This document shows, piece after piece, positions 1-12,734 of a stretch of 64,000 bases of DNA. Origin of the DNA: the human T2T-CHM13v2.0 reference genome, Homo sapiens; assembly GCF_009914755.1 (NCBI RefSeq), contig NC_060930.1, one strand, 5' to 3'. The position numbers and the translations under genes were made by a program. Each line of letters begins with the position of its first letter. Position 1 is the first letter of the stretch. The notes under the pieces are model-generated. The model did not search any database. It worked only from the letters and a program-made list of their open reading frames with translations, and was not told the origin of the DNA.

Positions 1-42
1 CCAAAGTGCTGGGATTACAGGCGTGAGCCACCGCGCCCGGCC
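1..42 (-). mobile_element. 5' end of an Alu (AluS/Y-like), cut by the window edge, inserted in an L1
   Basis: Reverse complement reads GGCCGGGCGCGGTGGCTCACGCCTGTAATCCCAGCACTTTGG, the Alu 5' end with CpGs intact. Confidence 0.95.
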
Positions 43-3000
43 TATGATTTCTTTTAGCAGTGTTTTGTAGTTTTCCTTGTAGAGGTCTTTCACCTCCTTG
101 GTTAGGAATATTCCTAATTATTTTGATTTTTTAAATTTTTTATTTTTTTTTTTTGCAGTTATTGTAAATGGGGTTGAGTTCTTTATTTGATTCTCAGCTT
201 GATCATTGTTGGTGTATAGCAGTACTACTTATTTGTGTACATTAATTTTGTTTTCTGAAACTTTTCTGAATTCATTGATCAGTTCTAGGAGCTTTTTGGA
301 TAAGTCTTAAGAGTTTTCTAGGTATATGATCATATCATCAGCAAACAGTGACAGTTTGACTTCCTCTTTACTGATTTAGATGCCCTTGATTTCTTTCTCT
401 TGTCTGATTGCTCTGGCTAGGACTTCTAGTACTATGTGGAATAGAAGTGGTGAATAGAAATAGAAGTGGTTGAATAGAAGTAGGCATCCTTGTCTTATTC
501 CAGTTCTCAGGGGGAATGCTTTCAACTTTTCCCCGTTCAGTATAATGTTGGTTGTTGGTTTGTCATAGATGACTTTTATTACATTAAGGTATTTCCCTTC
601 TATGCCAATTTTGCTGAGGGTTTTAATGATTAAGGGATGCTGAATTTTGTCAGATGTTTTCTCCATGTTTTTAAAGATTATTGTATGGTGTTTGTTTTTA
701 ATTCTAGTTATGTGGTGTATCACATTTATTGACTTGTGTATATTAAACCAGTCCTGCATCCCTGATATGAAACCCACTTGATCATGGTGGTTTACCTTTT
801 TCATATGCTGTTGGATTTGGTTAGCTAGTATTTTGTTGAGGATTTTGGCATCTATGTTCATCAGGGATATTGGTCTGTAGTTTTCTTTTTTTGTTATGTC
901 CTTTCCTGTTTTTGGTAGTAGGGTGATACTAGCTTCATAGAATGATTTAGTGGGGATTCCTTCTTTCTGTATCTTCTGGAATATTTGTCAGAAGGATTGG
1001 TACCAATTCTTGGAATGTTTGACAGAATTCAGCTGTAAATCCTTCTGGTCCTGGATTTTTTTTATTGGTTGGCAATTTTTAAATTACAGTTTCAGTCTTG
1101 CTGCTTGTTATTGGTCTGTTCAGAGTTTCTATTTATTCCTGGTCTAATCTAGGAGGGTTGTATATTTTCAGGAATTTATCCATCTCCTTTAGGTTTTCTA
1201 CTTTATGTGTGTAAAGGTTTTCATAGTAGCCTTGAATGATCTTTTGTGTTTCTGTGGTATCATTTGTAATATCTTCTGTTTCATTTCTAATTGAGCTTAT
1301 TGATCTTATCTCTTCTTTTTTTGGTTAATCTCACTAATGGTCTATCTATTTTATTTATCTTTTCAAAGAACCAGCCTTTTGTTTCATTTATCTTTTGTAT
1401 TGTTTTTGTTTGTTTCAATTTAATTTAGTGCTGCTGTGATCTTGGTTGTTTCTTTTCTTCCCTTGGGTTTGGGTTTGCTTTGTTCTTGTCTGTCTAGTTC
1501 CTTGAGGTGTGACCTTAGATTGTCTGTTTGTGCTCTTTTAGACTTTTTGATGTAGGCATTTAATGCTACAAACTTTCCTCTTACACCACTTTTGCTGTGT
1601 CCCAGAGGTTTTGATATGTTATGTCATTATTATTGTTCAGTTCAAAGAATTTTTAAATTTCCCCTTTGATTTCATTGTTAACCCAGTGATCATTCAGAAG
1701 CAGGTTATTGAATTACCATGTATTTGTATGGTTTTGAGGGTTCCTTTTGGAGTTGATTTCCAATTTTATTCCACTGTGGCCTGAGAGAGTACTTGATATA
1801 ATTTCAATTTTCTTAAATTTATTCAGACTTGTTTTGTAGCCTATGATATGGTCTATCTTGGAGAATGCTCCATGTGCTAAGTAGAATGTATATTCTGCAG
1901 TTGTTAGGTAGAATGTTCTGTAATTATTTGTTACATCTATTTCTTCTAGGGGAAAGTTTAAGTCCATTGTTTCTTTGTAAACTTTCTGTCTTGATGGCCT
2001 GTCTAGTGTTTTCAGTGGAATATTGAAGTCCCCCACTATTATTGTGTTGCTGTCTATCTCATCTCTTAGATCTAGTAGTAACTGTTTTATACATTTGAGA
2101 GCATTGGTGTTAGGTGCATCTGTATTTAGAATTGTGATATTTTCCTGTTGGACAAGGTCTTCTATTATTATAGAATGTTCCTCCTTGTCTTTTTTAACTG
2201 CTCTTGCTTTTAACTTTGTTTTGTCTGATGTAAGAACAGCTACTCCTGCTTGTGTTTGGTGTCTGTTTGTATGAAGTTTCTTTTTCTACATCTTTACCTT
2301 AAGTTTATGTGAGTCGTTATGTATTAGGCGAGTCTCTTGAAGAAGAGATACTTGGTTGGTGAATTCTTACCCATTCTGCCATTCTGTATCTTTTAAGTGG
2401 AGCATTTTGGCCATTTACATTCAAGGTTAGTACTGAGATGTGAGGTACTGTTCTATTCATCATACTGTTTGTTGCCTGAATACCTTGTGCTTTTTTTTCA
2501 TTGTGTTATTATTTTATCAGTCCTGTGAGATTTATGCCTTAAGGAGGTTCTGTTTTGGTGTATTTTGAGGATTTATTTCAAGATTTAGAGCTCTAGTTCT
2601 TGTAGTGCTTGTTTAGTAGTGGCAAATTCTCTTAGCATCTGTTCATCTGAAAAAGACTGTATCTTTTCTTCATTTATGATGCTTAGTTTTTCTGGATACA
2701 AAATTCTTGGCTGATAATCATTTTGTTTAAGGAGGCTAAAGATAGGACCCCAATACCTTCTAGCTTGTAGGGTTTCTGTTGAGAAATCTGTGGTTAATTT
2801 GATAAGCTTTCCTTTATAGGTTACCTGATGCTTTTGCCTCACAGCTCTTAAGATTCTTTCCTTAGTCTTTACTTTAGATGATCTGATGACTATATGCCTA
2901 CGTGATGATCCTTTTGTGGTGAATTTCCCAGGTGTTCTTTGAGCTCCTTGTATTTGGATATGTAGATCTCTAACAAGGCTGAGGAAGTTTTCCTTGATTT

Positions 3001-4963
3001 TTCCCTCAAATATTCTTTCCAAACTTTTAGATTTTTATTCTTCCTTGGGATATCAATTATTCTTAGGTTTGGTCATTTAACATAATCCCAAACTTCTTGG
3101 CAGTTTTGTTCATTTTTAAAAATTCTTTTCTTTTTGTCTTTTTTGGATAGGGTTAATACAAAAGCCTTGTCTTCACATTCTGAAGTCCTATTTTCTGCTT
3201 ATTCATTTCTATTGCTGAGACTTTCCAGTGCATTGTGCATTTCTCTAAGTGTGTCCTTCATTTCCAGAAATTGTGATTGTTTTTTATTTATGGTATCTAT
3301 TTCTCAGGAGATTTTTCCATCAATATCTTGTAACATTTATTTGATTCGTTTAAGTTGATATTCACCCTTCTCTGGTACCTCCTTGAGTAGCCTAATAATT
3401 AACCTTCTGAATTCTTTTTCTGGAAATTCAGAGATTTCTTCTTGGTTTGTATCTCTTGCTGGTGAGCTAGTGTGATTTTGGGGGGTGTTAAAGATCCTTG
3501 TTTTGTCATATTACCGGAATTGTTTTTCTAGTTCCTTCTCATTTGGATAGACTATGTCAGAGGGAAGATCTGGGGCTCAAGGATTGCTGTTCAGAGTTTT
3601 CTGCCCCATGGGGTGCTCCCTGGTTGTGGGTGCTCAAGGATGTGGCTTCCTGAGAGCCAGACTGCAGTGATTATTATTTCTCTGTTGGATCTTGCTGCCC
3701 AGCAGAGCTACTGGGCTCCATGCTGGTATTGGAGAGTGTCTGCAAAGAGTCCTGTGATGTGATCCATCTTAAGGTCTCCCAGCCGTGGATATCAGTACCT
3801 GCTGCAGTGGAGATACCAGGGGAGTGACGTGAGGGCCTTTGGTTGTATTTTTATTACACCAATTTTGTGTTGGTTGGCCTCCAGTCAGGAGGTGGCGCTT
3901 TCAAGAGAGCATAAACTGCGGTAGTGTAGGGAGGATACAAGCTTGCCGTAGAGTTGCCTGGATAAGTTTCTCAGACAGTGGGCAGGGCCATAGCGCTCCC
4001 AACAGACTTTGTCCTTTGTCTTCAGCTACGAGGGTAGGTAAAGGAAACCCATCGGGTGGGGCTAGGTGTGTCTGATCTGACACTGTCTTTGGGTAGGGCT
4101 TGCTGTGGCTGCTGTGGATGATGGGGGTGGGAGTCTCAGGCCAATGGACCTAGGTTCCCAAGGAAATTATGGCTGCCTCTGCTTCATCATGCAGGTCACC
4201 AGGGAAGCTGGGGAGAGCCGGCAGTTACAGGCCTCACCCAACTCCCATGCACCCCAAAAGGCCAGTCTCACTCCCACTGTGCACACCCAGCAGTACCAAG
4301 TTTATTTCCAGGCAGCGATGGGCAGGGCTGAGAACTTGCCCCAAGCTACAATACAAGCCTCCCTGCTGAGAAAGCAAGCAGGGCTTTCAGGTTTCTCACC
4401 TCCTTGCCTGCCACAGCTTCTGTACCGTGTCTGCACTCCAGGTTTGCCTCCTTCCTTGGGCTCTGTCCAAGAAACCACGTTTTGTCGAAATTGTTACAAA
4501 GTTCAGCTGGAAGTTTCCTTTTCCTTGTAGTCTTTCCTAATTCCACTGGCAGCTCTCCCCAAGGACCCCTGTGAGACAAAGTCAGAAATGGCCTCCCCAG
4601 GGACGGAGAGAGCCCACAGGGTTCTTCCTGCTGCTTCCTCTACTCCTGTATTTTGCTTGGCTCGCTATGTTAATCTCAGCTCCAGGTAAGGTCAAATCCT
4701 TTTCCCTTGATCTGGACCCTCAGATTCCCCAGGGAGGATGTGTGTTCAGGGGCCAACGATCGTCTTTTCACACTTTGGACACTCACAGTTTTTCGGCTGT
4801 CTCCAGGAAACTGGAGCAGCAATCTGCTTCCTTCAAAGGGTCTATGGATTCTCTGCTTTCCTGGTATGTTCCTGTGGTAGTTCTTGGAACAAAAGTCCAT
4901 GATGTGAATCTCCATACACTGCTCTGTCCATCTGAGTGGGAGCTGCAGGTTAGTCCTGGCTCC
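43..4963 (-). mobile_element. L1PB-type LINE-1 (5'UTR, ORF1 and 5' two-thirds of ORF2), decayed; 3' part runs out of the window
   Basis: ORF2 RT remnant 376-861 ([19 protein letters not shown]), EN remnant 1713-2036 (MGDFNIPL), ORF1 remnant 2585-3022 (RHIVIR...YQPRILYPEKLS). The GC-richer 3560-4963 begins (minus) GGAGCCAGGACTAACCTGCAGCTCCCACTCAGATGGACAGAGCAG, like the L1PBa 5' end. Confidence 0.9.
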
Positions 4964-5112
4964 TTTTAGAGGAAAATCTGTCATTTTCCTCTAAATCACA
5001 CAGTGACTTTTTTCTAAAGAGTACAATATTAAAGGTGAGGGGGAAGAGCAACTTGTCAGTGGAAAACAAAATAAACACCACCCCAGCCAAATGATCAATG
5101 CTAATATCAATA

Positions 5113-5130
5113 GTGTGTGTGTGTGTGTGT
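5113..5130. repeat. (TG)9 microsatellite
   Basis: Direct reading. Confidence 0.9.
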
Positions 5131-5164
5131 ATGTGTCCTGGATATGCTGTGATGAAAATAATGC

Positions 5165-5610
5165 TGTGGCCTTTCTCTCAAACACCTAGTCCTAGTCAAA
5201 TTGTAAGAAAAATATCAAATAAATCTAAGTTGAGGAATTTTCTCAAAATGCCTGACCAGACTCCTGAAAACCATCAAGGTTATCAAAAACAAGGAAAGTC
5301 TAAGAAACTGTCACAGCGAAAAGGAGCCTAAGGAGACACGATGACTATGTAACATGGTATCTTAGATGGGATCCTGGGACAGAAAAAGGATATTAGATAA
5401 AGAGTAAGGAAATATGAATAAAGTATGCACTTTAATTAATAATAATGTAGTAATATTGGCTCATTAATTATGACAAATGTACTATGCTAGTGTAAGATGG
5501 AAATAATAGGAGAAACTGGGAAAGTGACACATGGAAATTCTCTGCACAGTCATTACAATATTTTTATACATTTAAAACTATTCTAAAACAAAATATGTAT
5601 TGTTAAAAAA
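5165..5610 (+). mobile_element. Old L1 3' end (L1MC4/5-like)
   Basis: AAGGTTATCAAAAACAAGGAAAGTCTAAGAAACTGTCACAG...GGAGCCTAAGGAGAC...GATGGGATCCTGG matches the L1MC 3'UTR as recalled. Confidence 0.7.
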
Positions 5611-5956
5611 TGCAAAAGTATTAGCTTGGGAACTTGAAGTTTAGTTTTGGCTTTGTAGTTAATCACCCTTAATGGCTTTGAACAAGTCACTCAAATTAAT
5701 TCTCCTTATCTATTCCAAAGAAAAATAGTGCAATATTATATCTAAGTTCCCTTTTATTTCTTAGAGGTGGGAACAAAAAGTCAAAATTCAAAGAAATTAA
5801 TTTGAAAAGAAAATAATTTTGCCCTCTTTGGTGACGGTGTCATCTGACCCCTTCCTCTGAAACTATAGTGACATGTGAATCTCATGTGAATCAACATGGT
5901 ACAGTAGAATGGGATTAGCAGTAAGAATTGGGAGATGGTGGTGACATTGTGAGGTA

Positions 5957-6326
5957 GTATTTTAGTCTGTTTGGGTTCTATAAAAGAATACCATAAACTG
6001 GATAGCTTATAAACAACAGGAATTTTTCATTGTCCTAAAAGCTGGAAAGTTCAAGATCAAGATGCCAACAGATTCATTGTGGGATGAGGGCCTACTTTCA
6101 AGTTCACAGAGGATGCCTTCTCACTGTGTGGTCACAGTAAGAAGCTCTATCTAGGGTGAAGAAGCTCTATCTGGTTTCTTTTATAAGGGCACTAATCCCA
6201 CTCATGCAGGTTTCATGCTTATGATCTAATCACCTCCCAAAGGCCCCACCTCCTAATACCACCACCTTGAGGGTTGGGATTTCAACATGTGAAATTCTGG
6301 GGGACACAAACATGCAGACCATAGCA
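5957..6326 (-). mobile_element. MLT1A-family MaLR solo LTR
   Basis: Ends ...GGGGACACAAACATGCAGACCATAGCA; internal ATAAGGGCACTAATCCCA and AATCACCTCCCAAAGGCCCCACCTCCTAATACC. Confidence 0.85.
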
Positions 6327-6329
6327 GGT

Positions 6330-6600
6330 AAGTTTTTAATTCCTGTTTTATAGAAAAAGGAAAAGTAGTGTCAGAGAGGCTAAGCAACTTGCCAAGATGC
6401 TGCAGTTACTAAGGCATGAAGACATGTTCCAAACTCAGATATGTCCAAAAGTAAAATCCCTCATATAATGACTACTAATTTCATATTTGCCATTCACTAA
6501 CTTTGTGCCTTGGGAAAGCATGTAATCTCCCCGGGCTCAATTTCCTCATGAAATGAGGAATTTGGACTAGATGATTTCTAATATCCCTTCCAGTTCCAGT
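6330..6600. mobile_element. Two MIR fragments (about 6330-6470 minus, about 6487-6600 plus)
   Basis: MIR core motifs CAGAGAGGCTAAGCAACTTGCC and GGGCTCAATTTCCTCAT...GGACTAGATGATTTCTAA. Confidence 0.7.
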
Positions 6601-7154
6601 ATTTTTATCTTTATTCTGAGAAATTAACATTGAATTTCTTAGTATAGACTGTAAAGGTTCACCACTTTGGAGCACTGACTAGTGGAACTCACTAAGATAA
6701 TTAATCAAATGGGGGAGAAAATGATTAATTATATAAATATGAGCAATTGCTTAATACTCCAACACAAAATTATGATAGACCCCAGGAAGCCTAATGAGGA
6801 TTCTATAACCTTGCTGCTGAACCAAAAACTAAAGAATCTTTGGTTCAAGCTCCTCCTGACTTACTCCCCAGCTGTAGGTAGGGAAGCTGATAAAGAGAAA
6901 GAGAGAGAACAATGTGCATTTTTCTGTTATATGCAGGGAGTCTACCTACTGAAAGGGGGCCCAGTGGACATGGAACTCTAAGATAAGGCATTCTTCCTGG
7001 GCAGCAGTGAGTATAGGTGAGTGTGCAGAGAATAAAAATAACCCATCCCAAACTCTTCCCTGCCTTGAAAGAGAAGATAGAAATCCTCTCCTCTATCAGC
7101 AGAGGCAGAAATACAAGGCGATCATAAATATTTTCCCAGTTTGTTGACTCTGCC

Positions 7155-7963
7155 TAATATAGTTTGGATATTTGTTCTTGCCCAAATCTCACGCTGAATT
7201 GTAATTTCCAATATTAGAGACAGGGCCTGGTGGAAGGTGATTGGATCATGGGGGTGGATCTCTCATGAATGATGGTGTATTAGTCTGTTCCCACACTGCT
7301 ATAATGAACTCCCTGAGACTGGGTGATTTATGAAAAAAAAGAGGTTTAATTGACTCCACAGGCTGTATAGGAAGCATGGCTGGGATGTCTCAGGAAACTT
7401 ACAATCATGGGGGAAGGCAAAAGGGAAGCAAGCTCATTTTCTCATGGTGGCAGGAGAGAGAGAGTGAAAGGGGAAGTGCTACACACTTTTAAACAGCCTG
7501 ATATCGTGAGAACTCACTCACTATCATGAGAACAGCAAGTGGAAAATCTGCCCGCGTGATCCAGTCACCTCCTACTCGGTCCCTCCCCCAGCAATAGGAA
7601 TTAAAATTTGACCCAAGATTTGGGTGGGGACACAGAACCAAACCATATCAAATGGTTTAGCACCATCCTCTTTTTGCTTTTTTGCCATAGTGAGTTCTTG
7701 TGAGATCCGGTCTTTTAAAAGTGTGTGGCACCTCCCCTCCCCACAACTGTCTCTCTTTTTCTTGCCCCTGCTTTTGCCATGTGAAATGTCTGCTCCTGCT
7801 TTGCCTTCTGCCATGAGTAAAAGCCCCCTGAGGCCTCCCCAGAAGCAGATGCTGCTATGCTTCTTGTACAGCCTTCAGTACTGTAAGCCAACTAAACCTC
7901 TCTTTTTATAAATTGCCCACTTTCAGGTATTTCTTTATAGCAATGCAAGAACAGTTTGATACA
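7155..7963 (+). mobile_element. MSTB-like MaLR solo LTR, interrupted by a second LTR
   Basis: Starts TAATATAGTTTGGATATTTG, ends AACAGTTTGATACA; 5-bp TSD CTGCC at 7150-7154 and 7964-7968. Confidence 0.88.
7276..7650 (-). mobile_element. MSTA/THE1D-like MaLR solo LTR nested antisense in the MSTB
   Basis: TGTATTAGTCTGTTC...GGGGACACAGAACCAAACCATATCA; imperfect TSD GATGG/AATGG. Confidence 0.88.
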
Positions 7964-8299
7964 CTGCCTAAATCCCTTTTTCCCCTAGTCAAGCTCAAAA
8001 TAAACTATGTCCTGTTAAAAAGAAGGTTAGCAGTTTATGAGGTAACTCCTGGCCCATATACATGAGACTGTTCACTTCTACAAGCTCTGCTCTTTCTATG
8101 TTCTAAGACAATGAGATGAGCAATTCAGCTGTTGTCTCAAAGCCTCTGAAATGGATCAGAGAAAGAATTCTTAGTTAACCTTAGATAGCTCTCTTATGTA
8201 TAGTCAACAGTTTCTTTTCATGGGGACAGGTGAAATTATGAGAAGCTTCCTATTAGCACACATGCATGCATACACATACACAACCCTCTCCAGCTCCCA

Positions 8300-9790
8300 A
8301 ATTATCTGTCCCTTTCCCTTGGTATTAAAATTTCTTGAAAAAGTAGTCTAAATTCATTGTCTAATTATGTCACCTCTCACCTCTCAACTGACTCCTTTCT
8401 GGCTTCTTAAATTAAAACCTCTCTATCTAATCACCATCGACTTCCATATCACTAAATCCAAAGGGCAGTTTTCAATCCTCATCTCACACAATCCATCAGA
8501 AACATTTGAAATTGGAGTCAACTTTTTATCAGAAACATCCTCTTTACTTGAAACACCTTCATACCATCAAAACCAAGCATTAAGAGGTTAGGGGCCCATA
8601 TTCCTTTGGTTTTTCTCTTCCCTCTCTGGCCCCTCCTTCTCAGCCACCTTGAAAGAACATTCATCCTTACCCATCTAGACATTAAATGTTCAAGTTCCAT
8701 GAGCCTCTGTTCTATGCTCCCTTCTTTCACTATATAATTTTTCCTTATTCAGTATCATTCATAGCCATGGCTTGATTTCTGACTTATGAATAATACAACC
8801 AAATGTTGCAAATTTATTTCTCAAGCAGAAACCTCTCATCTGAGCTGCTGGCTCATATATTGTGATTGCTTGGCATATCTACTTAGACATCTCAAAAGTT
8901 CCTCAAACTCAGATTGAATTTATGATCCTCCCTCCAAGCTTCCTACAGTGTTCCCTGTCTCAGTGAATTACACCGGCGCTCATCCATTTAATTACTTAAG
9001 TCAGAAACCAAGTAGCAATCTTGGATACTTTCCATAGTCTAATATCTAGTGTATAATCAAGTCCTGTCCACTATTACTTCTTTATAATAAAATGTCTAAA
9101 ATTCATCAATTTATCTTCATTTAATGCCCTAATTCAAGATTCTTTCATCTCTCATCTGTACTATTCCAATAGTTACTTTAAATTTATGCTTCAGCTTCTT
9201 AACTTCTTGCACCTTCAGCCTGTTGTGTTTTTGGAGCAAACTTTTCAGAAGCAAATCTGTTCCCATCACCTCATTGTTTAAAATTTTCCAGTGGCTTTGT
9301 AATGCTCTTAAGATAAAAACTAAAGTCTATAATATGGCCTCTGAGGTCCTACATGACTTTATCCATGCCTCTCTCTCCAGCTTCATCTCTTACCATCTCA
9401 ACCTTATGTTTTGCATTCCACCTGCACTGGTTTAATTCATATTCTTAGCATATCAGGCCCTTTCTGTGGCAGTTTTTGTCTCAAAAGCTCTTCCTCTCTT
9501 TAACCCTACTAAAATTCTACTCTTCCTGTAGATTGCAGTTCATAGCATTTTCACAGGAGAGCCTTCCCCGATGCAGGTTCTTTTGGTAAAAGCTCTCACA
9601 TTACAAATGTTTCTTCCCTTTAGAACTCCTGTTTCTATTGAAAAGCATACATTCATTGGGTGATTATTCAGCTATTGTCAGTCTCCCCAAGCACTGTGTT
9701 TCTGCTCATCATTATTCTCCAGAATTTAGAAGAATTCCTGGCACCTTGAATGTGTTCAATAAATGCTTCCTGAATGTGTGAATGAATGAA
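8300..9790 (+). mobile_element. L2 (LINE-2) 3' portion
   Basis: ORF 8367-8591 contains TIDFHITKSKGQFSILISHNPSETFE, resembling the L2 RT motif (DLHVAKSNGQFSVLILLDLSAAFD); typical 3' tail TCAATAAATG...GAATGAATGAA. Confidence 0.8.
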
Positions 9791-11851
9791 GAGGAGTCCC
9801 ATTCAGATGCCTGGTTCCTCTGGCATTTACAGTATGTATTAGATAGGTGGCAGTAGAATAATAGATGCCACTCCTTCAGCATCTCTAGAGGTGAACTAAT
9901 TCTACTCTGTCATTGTCCACTTTTGATTTTTCAAAGTTCCAAAGTAGTAATGGAACACATATAGCAGCAAACCCATAGCTACACAATTTAAAGCCAATGT
10001 GATTCTTGCAGCAAGAGCATTTTCCAAACAAAATCAAGAGCAAAAAGAAAAAAGTAATAGAAAAAAAATCTTTCAGCCATATTGGGATCAATAAGTCAGT
10101 TGGTTTTAGTCTTCTGGGAGTTGATGACCTGAAAATTCAACTTCATTTGGGAGAAGTGCCCACCAATAAGTTAAGTGTGACCCTATTCATTTCATATGCA
10201 TGAAGACAAGCTTCCTTGTGCTTTTGGCATCTTTGATCAAAAAGAGGACTTTGAGACAACCTCTCTTCCTACAAAATGGTGATATCCTTCACATTCAAGT
10301 CCCAAGGCACTCTATTTCCTCTGAGTACTAATTTACATATTTAAAGCCGCTCAATTTTTATTTTCCTTTAGTGTTCCAAAAAAATCAATGTTGACTCAAG
10401 TAGAGTTTCTGTTTAGTGACCACAAGTACCAATTCCTGTGACCATGGTATACCAGGTACCAGGTCTCTGGGCATTGTCAAAGAAAGGTCTGGCTTCTCCA
10501 CATACACTGATATTTCCTCTGTGTTCTTCATCCTCTGCAGGGTCTTACACTTCTTTTCTCTGTGCTTTAGTTGGCTGCTTCCACAGCCTTATGCTCTGGA
10601 ATACCTTTGCCCCAAGAATCCTAGTCTCTAAGAAATGTTCCATAGGGTGCCTCAGTTTTTGCATATCACATTCTCACACTTCCTGAATTGGCTTCTCACA
10701 ATTTTTGCCTATCAGATTCTCATACTTCCTGAATTTGGCTTCCTGAATTGTTCCTAGAGATAGCACTATTAGTAATTCTGAACACTGTGTCCTTAGGTAT
10801 CCATTGCGGGGTAATATGCCCTTTGCCATGTTGTTTTTTTCCAAAATTTTGCTTTTCATCCCCTTTTAAGTTGTTGGGAAACTTGTTCTCTTTCATTGTC
10901 AGCAGAAACATCTTGCTTTCTTTGCTTTGCAGGGTTCTATTTCCCTCCATTCAGGTGGGCCCTGCAGAGGCTTAAGAAATTTAAACCATTTCTTAAGACA
11001 GTTCTGTTTCTTCACTACCACATATAGGGCAAAAGGTATTTATGTATCAGGATACCTTCCTTTTCTTTAGGTTCCAGCCACTGGTTTTCTCATATGCTTC
11101 TCCAGATTTGGTCTGATGAGATCTGTGGTGAGAAATAGGAAGTTAAAAAGGTTGTCTCAAATGCTTCTTTTAAAATATAAACTAGTCTTTATGTCATGAA
11201 TAACCTTACCCCAGTTCGAGAATACACAATGGAGTGGGGCATTGAGTACCCCAGGAGCCTATGGATAACAGGTTGTGGGATAAGAGTCACCAAATTCCAC
11301 CTTTATATGAAACACTTGATAGTGACCACTCAAAGTTCCCAAATCTCAAACATGGGTGGCCTGAACTTCTTGTGGAATTAAGCATCCCCTAGCCCCTTCA
11401 AGCATTCAAATTTTCCTAATCTAGTGGCAGCTTGTAATATCAGTTGTGATGACAATACGAACCCCTTCAGCCCACAGGAGTCAAAGCCAGCAGTTGAAGC
11501 CACTGTATAAAGCTTGGTACTGAGTCTGTGGTGCTACAGGTGTTTATATTAAATGAAAGAGCTTTGATCTCTCTATTGGATATTCTGGCCCCAAAATGCT
11601 AGTGCCTGCACCTATACCCAATGAACTCCCTGGCAAGTCAGTGGGTTGAGATAGAAGGTGCAACTAACCTTCTCATCCTTTCTAGGATTTTGACAGATGG
11701 AGGATATACACAGAAATCACAGGAAAAAAGGAAATGAGTGCAGATCTTATCAGTTTTTGTGTGACTCCAGTTACTACCAAAAAGACTAGAAAACTGTTTT
11801 AGCCAAGACATCAATCAGATACTCAGATTAGCTGCCCCTTCTCCTTGGAAA

Positions 11852-12373
11852 TGAGGAAATAAACAAACACCAACCAAATAAGAAGAGTTTGCCATTGCAA
11901 GGGAGTCAGCCACCACCACTTCAACTTTTGCAGAGATTCAAAGGCATGCAGAGGAGTGGGAAAGCCTTATAGTGGAAAAAGGGGAATATTTAGGTATGCC
12001 TTGTTTGGAGGCTGTTGGTATGGGGAAGCTGTAGGCATGGACAGCTAGAAATAAGGCATCCTCTGTGATGGGTGGGGGTGCATATTTAGCTTTCATTAAA
12101 GTTTTAAAATTGGAATCAGGCACAAAATGAGGGAATATGTCAATTATTAATCAAATCATGGCCATTTTGGGCCAATTATTATAGAGGTTATTATTTGGCT
12201 TCCTGAAGTGTTCCTAGAGATAGCAGTCTGACTCCTTCAAGTCTGACTGGTTTCTTGGTTTGTCATTATAGAGAAAGGGGTTGGTTTCCTGGACAGGTTG
12301 CTGCAAGTTGTGAATCAGAGTTCTATTTTTACATATAGACTGGGCATTGCTGGTTTGTATATTCAGACTCCCA
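11852..12373 (-). mobile_element. MER89-like ERV1 solo LTR
   Basis: Minus strand TGGGAGTCTGAATATACAAAC...AAAAATAGAACTCTGA...GGCTGACTCCCTTGC...TTTATTTCCTCA; imperfect 4-bp TSD GAAA/GAAG. Confidence 0.75.
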
Positions 12374-12682
12374 GAAGTAGGGAAAGGCCAGGAAGAAGGG
12401 GGTAAATGCCCTTTCTCTACTGCTATCTCATACTCCCAGAGAAGGTGCAGGTTTTAAGGGCAGAAGCATAAATGTCAGGAAACGGTCATAGGTAGCCCTC
12501 CTTTGCCCATCACTTGAAAATTATTAAAAATTCTCATTGAGGACTTGTCCCCTAAGTAATCAAGAAAAATAGCATACAAAAATGAAGAACCATAAACTGA
12601 ATTCAAATTAAAGTGTGCCCATAGCACAGAGATTTCTATGCGAAATAACTTTCCCTATAAACATACTAATGACATGTTATTT

Positions 12683-12734
12683 TGTATCAACCAGTATCAC
12701 CATGTATCAACCTGTATCCCCATGTATCAACCTG
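12683..12734. repeat. Short minisatellite, 20-bp unit TGTATCAACC(A/T)GTATC(A/C)CCA, about 2.6 copies
   Basis: Direct reading. Confidence 0.8.

Noticed and set aside
436-484. Repeated GAATAGAA(G/A)T units in L1 ORF2
   Set aside because: Ordinary post-insertion micro-duplication.
10430-10500. Gypsy-integrase-like LVPGIPWSQ on the minus strand
   Set aside because: No adjoining HHCC or DDE motifs.
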